This document shows positions 61,525 through 64,000 of a stretch of DNA of 64,000 nucleotides, piece after piece (position 1 is the stretch's first letter; every line of letters begins with the position of its first letter). The position numbers and the translations under genes were made by a program. The stretch comes from Bacteroidales bacterium (GTDB lineage Bacteria; Bacteroidota; Bacteroidia; Bacteroidales; WCHB1-69). The DNA lies in the NCBI GenBank assembly GCA_017964255.1, contig JAGCSI010000146.1:5860-69859 (forward strand), read 5' to 3'. Below the pieces are notes generated by a model, which was not told the DNA's origin, searched no databases, and saw nothing but the letters and a program-made list of their open reading frames with translations.

Positions 61525-61745
61525 TTGTTGAGTAAGTTTCTGGTAAAAGCCATCTTGTGAAGTTGTTGGTAAAGACTATGGACGGAAAGCACATCATATT
61601 CAGCGGAGGCTTCATTATCGTTGAAAATGAATTACCTTTCATTGATGAAGTGGAAGTAAGTCTTGTTGAGGCATAAGAGAGAGGGGATAAAGAATTACAA
61701 TGACAAGCAACCATACAGACTCCGTCCATCTCTCATTTGATGTCA

Positions 61746-61918
61746 ACCTTCGGGGCCTTTCCGTCCCTCAAGGCCAGTGGCACAACGCCGAGAGCCTCGA
61801 AACCGGCACAGTAATCCTGGAGCGCAAGAACGGGAAGTATAACCCGAAAGGGACGGAGAAGTTTCGAAATAAAGTTAGTATTGAGACAGGTATGGAGTTG
61901 TGAGAGGGCGTCAGTAAT
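61746..61918 (+). pseudogene. Orphan wbuC 3' fragment plus its downstream 40 nt (right boundary repeat)
   Basis: It encodes LRGLSVPQGQWHNAESLETGTVILERKNGKYNPKGTEKFRNK, matching the wbuC C-terminus. A more degenerate similarity extends back to about 61708. Confidence 0.85.
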
Positions 61919-61963
61919 CATATCAATTTCCATGATATTAGAAGGACACACCAAAGTTTTATT

Positions 61964-62896
61964 ATGATCAGTTTATTTTCAGAAAGGAATGGTTACGCTA
62001 AGTCCTCTGATTACATAATCAAAGGAAAGATTACGCACAACATAGTCAATGCGCTTTCATCATGTTTTACGCAGTTGAAACAAGATTTGGATAATGCCGA
62101 TTATTTGATAAGCGAAGCGAATGGTGATGAGGACTATTTAATTTTTACAAACGGATCGTTTTACAAGATGGATAGGACGGTGTGGACGGATTTTATGAAC
62201 AGAAGAGCTGACAAGTATGTTGGTGGTATCAATATGCGCGAATTTGATGCAGTGCAAGTTTGTTTGCTTAACAAGAAAAATAAGTGGTATAAGAAACTTG
62301 ATTGTGTAGAGGTTGCAATAGAGTTTATGAGAACTCACTATACAGATTCCATAAGAAAGAAGGTTGTTGAAGATTTTGTTCAAGAAATTAATAGGCAGTT
62401 TGAGAGATTGAAATATGGATATAGAATTGTTCAAGGTAAGATAGTAGATATAATCTCAGACATTGAGATACAGTCAATAAACAAGTCGGTTGAGGTTAAC
62501 GCAAAAAATAATGTATCTGTTCACATGCTCCAGGCCTTGAATTTATATGCATTAAAACCTAATCCAGACTATAGAAATTCAATAAAGGAATCTATCACCG
62601 CTGTTGAGACTTTGTTTCGCGAGTTGACAAATGAGAGTACATTTGGGAAGGCATATGGTAAAATCAAAAAACAGATTTCAATCCATCCAAGATTGGAAGA
62701 AATGATACAGAAAATGTATGACTACACAAATCAAAAGGAAACAGGGATACGGCATGCCAAAGTGGAAGATGATAACACATATTTGCCAACAGCACAAGAA
62801 GCTACGCTAATGCTGGTTATATGTAGTGCAACAATCAATTATGTGAGAGAAAAAATGGGAACGTTGCGAGGTGAGTTATCTCAGGAATTATCGTAA
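61964..62896 (+). CDS. AbiJ-N-terminal-domain-like abortive-infection-type protein (weak call)
   Basis: 310 aa. The N-terminus (LFSERNGYAKSS) resembles the FS.R.GY signature of AbiJ NTD4-type proteins. The C-terminal GIRHAK region may be HEPN-like. Confidence 0.4.
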   Translation: MISLFSERNGYAKSSDYIIKGKITHNIVNALSSCFTQLKQDLDNADYLISEANGDEDYLIFTNGSFYKMDRTVWTDFMNRRADKYVGGINMREFDAVQVCLLNKKNKWYKKLDCVEVAIEFMRTHYTDSIRKKVVEDFVQEINRQFERLKYGYRIVQGKIVDIISDIEIQSINKSVEVNAKNNVSVHMLQALNLYALKPNPDYRNSIKESITAVETLFRELTNESTFGKAYGKIKKQISIHPRLEEMIQKMYDYTNQKETGIRHAKVEDDNTYLPTAQEATLMLVICSATINYVREKMGTLRGELSQELS

Positions 62897-63258
62897 ATTA
62901 TCAAAGATACTGAGAACGGGAAAATGCGAGAAGGATATCCTTAGGAATTGAAAAAAAGAGATGTCCTAAAAACATTGAAAGCCGATTTTCTGAAAAAAAA
63001 ATGATGTGCGATGAGTTCGAATTAATCGTTGATTATTTGCAAGATATGGTAGGATGATTTTTTGAAAACACATCCAATCTTATCGAATTTTATTGTATTT
63101 TTGTAGCGTGTTGTGATGGTCGTTTTTGTTGTAAATATTATAAGATACTGAATTTTAATTTTAATTAATTATGAAATTCTAATACCATTTTTAATTTGTA
63201 TTGCTCAGTTTCAATCTGTTGGGTGAGCAGACAAAACTTAAACTATAATATTCGGGAT

Positions 63259-64000
63259 ATGGAAAAAAGTTTTAAATATAAAGGCCAGGACATAATGTTA
63301 TCGGTTAGACTGACAGATGATACGCATGGTTTTTTGGTGGACTCAGGGGGAGAGATAGTGCAAAGGTTTGTATTGGAAGACGATACTACTCGATTGGAAG
63401 ACGGTAACTCGTTTGATGAGAGTGAGGAAAGTGTGCTTAGAAAAATAGATACGCTCCGTTTGCAGGCCATTGAGCAGGTTTTTACAGGTATCGAAAATGA
63501 AAGTGATGACACAAAGACAGTATATGCCAATGACGAGACAGATCCGTTTAATCCAGATGAGATTTCGATAGACACAAAGCCAGTGACAATGGAAACTTTG
63601 TTAAGGCGATTGGAACAAAAAACAATTCGTCTAAATCCTGACTTTCAGCGACAAGAGGTTTGGGATGATGTACGTAAATCGCAATTGATAGAATCGTTGC
63701 TGCTAAAGATTCCTATTCCGATGTTCTATGTTTCATCTGATGAAAAGGCCAACTGGACTGTGGTTGACGGTTTGCAGCGTATCAGTTCTTTCCGAGACTT
63801 CATACTTGGTGAGAATTACATGAAAGACAGGGAAAAATATAAGAACGAAAAAGGCGATGGGATGCGGCTGACGGGATTAGAGTTTTGGAAGACTCTCAAT
63901 GGGAAAACCATGAACGAATTACCATCCCATCTGTACAACAGGATATTAGAAACTGTTTTTACATTCACCATAGTTAATCCTGGCACTCATGAGGAGGTGA
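63259..64000 (+). CDS. DUF262 (ParB-like nuclease, GmrSD N-terminal type) protein, 3' end outside the window
   Basis: The frame is open from the ATG at 63259 to the window end and is absent from the ORF track because it has no stop. The motifs are FQRQEVW, IPIPMFYV and VDGLQRISS (DGQQR-type). Confidence 0.7.
   Translation, partial: MEKSFKYKGQDIMLSVRLTDDTHGFLVDSGGEIVQRFVLEDDTTRLEDGNSFDESEESVLRKIDTLRLQAIEQVFTGIENESDDTKTVYANDETDPFNPDEISIDTKPVTMETLLRRLEQKTIRLNPDFQRQEVWDDVRKSQLIESLLLKIPIPMFYVSSDEKANWTVVDGLQRISSFRDFILGENYMKDREKYKNEKGDGMRLTGLEFWKTLNGKTMNELPSHLYNRILETVFTFTIVNPGTHEEV

Noticed and set aside
61700-61903. 67-aa ORF over the wbuC fragment
   Set aside because: It is an accidental frame across the duplicated wbuC 3' end, and the wbuC-homologous reading is a truncated fossil.

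Overview
This 64-kb window is almost entirely transcribed on the + strand. It reads as a Bacteroidales-type capsular/exopolysaccharide super-locus, probably Prevotella/Segatella-like; that assignment is an inference from gene content and TAnnTTTG promoter boxes. The conserved blocks are visibly GC-richer: wza (partial)-wzc-cpsB-ugd-rfbA (1-6842), a UDP-glucuronate-4-epimerase-like SDR (14545-15801), galE (21157-22179), a fabD-ACP-fabG-fabH-MBL block (41793-46398), and a polysaccharide deacetylase followed by fnlA-fnlB-fnlC-wbuC (46769-52077). A visibly AT-richer variable glycan cassette (23720-41779) carries a second ugd, wzx, a wzy-like gene, murA/murB paralogs, several glycosyltransferases, acyl/acetyltransferases and a DltA-like adenylase with its own carrier protein. 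AT-rich cargo that looks like anti-phage defence is wedged between the conserved blocks. It comprises an ABC-ATPase/Toprim-like/unknown trio (7133-9732), a Kiwa-like pair (9957-11516), and an Mrr-like nuclease + HAD-TM fusion + ComEC-type MBL trio (11540-14419). It also includes a dGTPase-like HD gene flanked by duplicated epimerase 3' ends (15794-17014) and a membrane protein + 739-aa P-loop ATPase pair (18103-21109). Downstream of wbuC lies a ~9.6-kb island bounded by duplicated wbuC 3' ends. This island carries a 1866-aa KAP-type P-loop NTPase with TM helices inserted between its Walker motifs and a long helical-repeat tail, plus a TM/coiled-coil partner. It also holds a tRNA-like gene (the only minus-strand feature), a tyrosine-integrase remnant and three unknown genes. 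An AbiJ-like gene and a DUF262 gene follow it. Three non-genic layers stand out. First, a GC-rich palindromic repeat family is inserted IN FRAME into three different enzymes, including an identical 29-mer in two unrelated genes. Second, a recurring structured-RNA-like leader motif shows compensatory stem changes upstream of polysaccharide operons. Third, a family of 7-9-nt stutter repeats (partly telomere-like) fills the spacers and even sits inside ugd. No CRISPR array, rRNA or intact transposase was seen. All functional calls rest on motif reading by eye; no database search was run.
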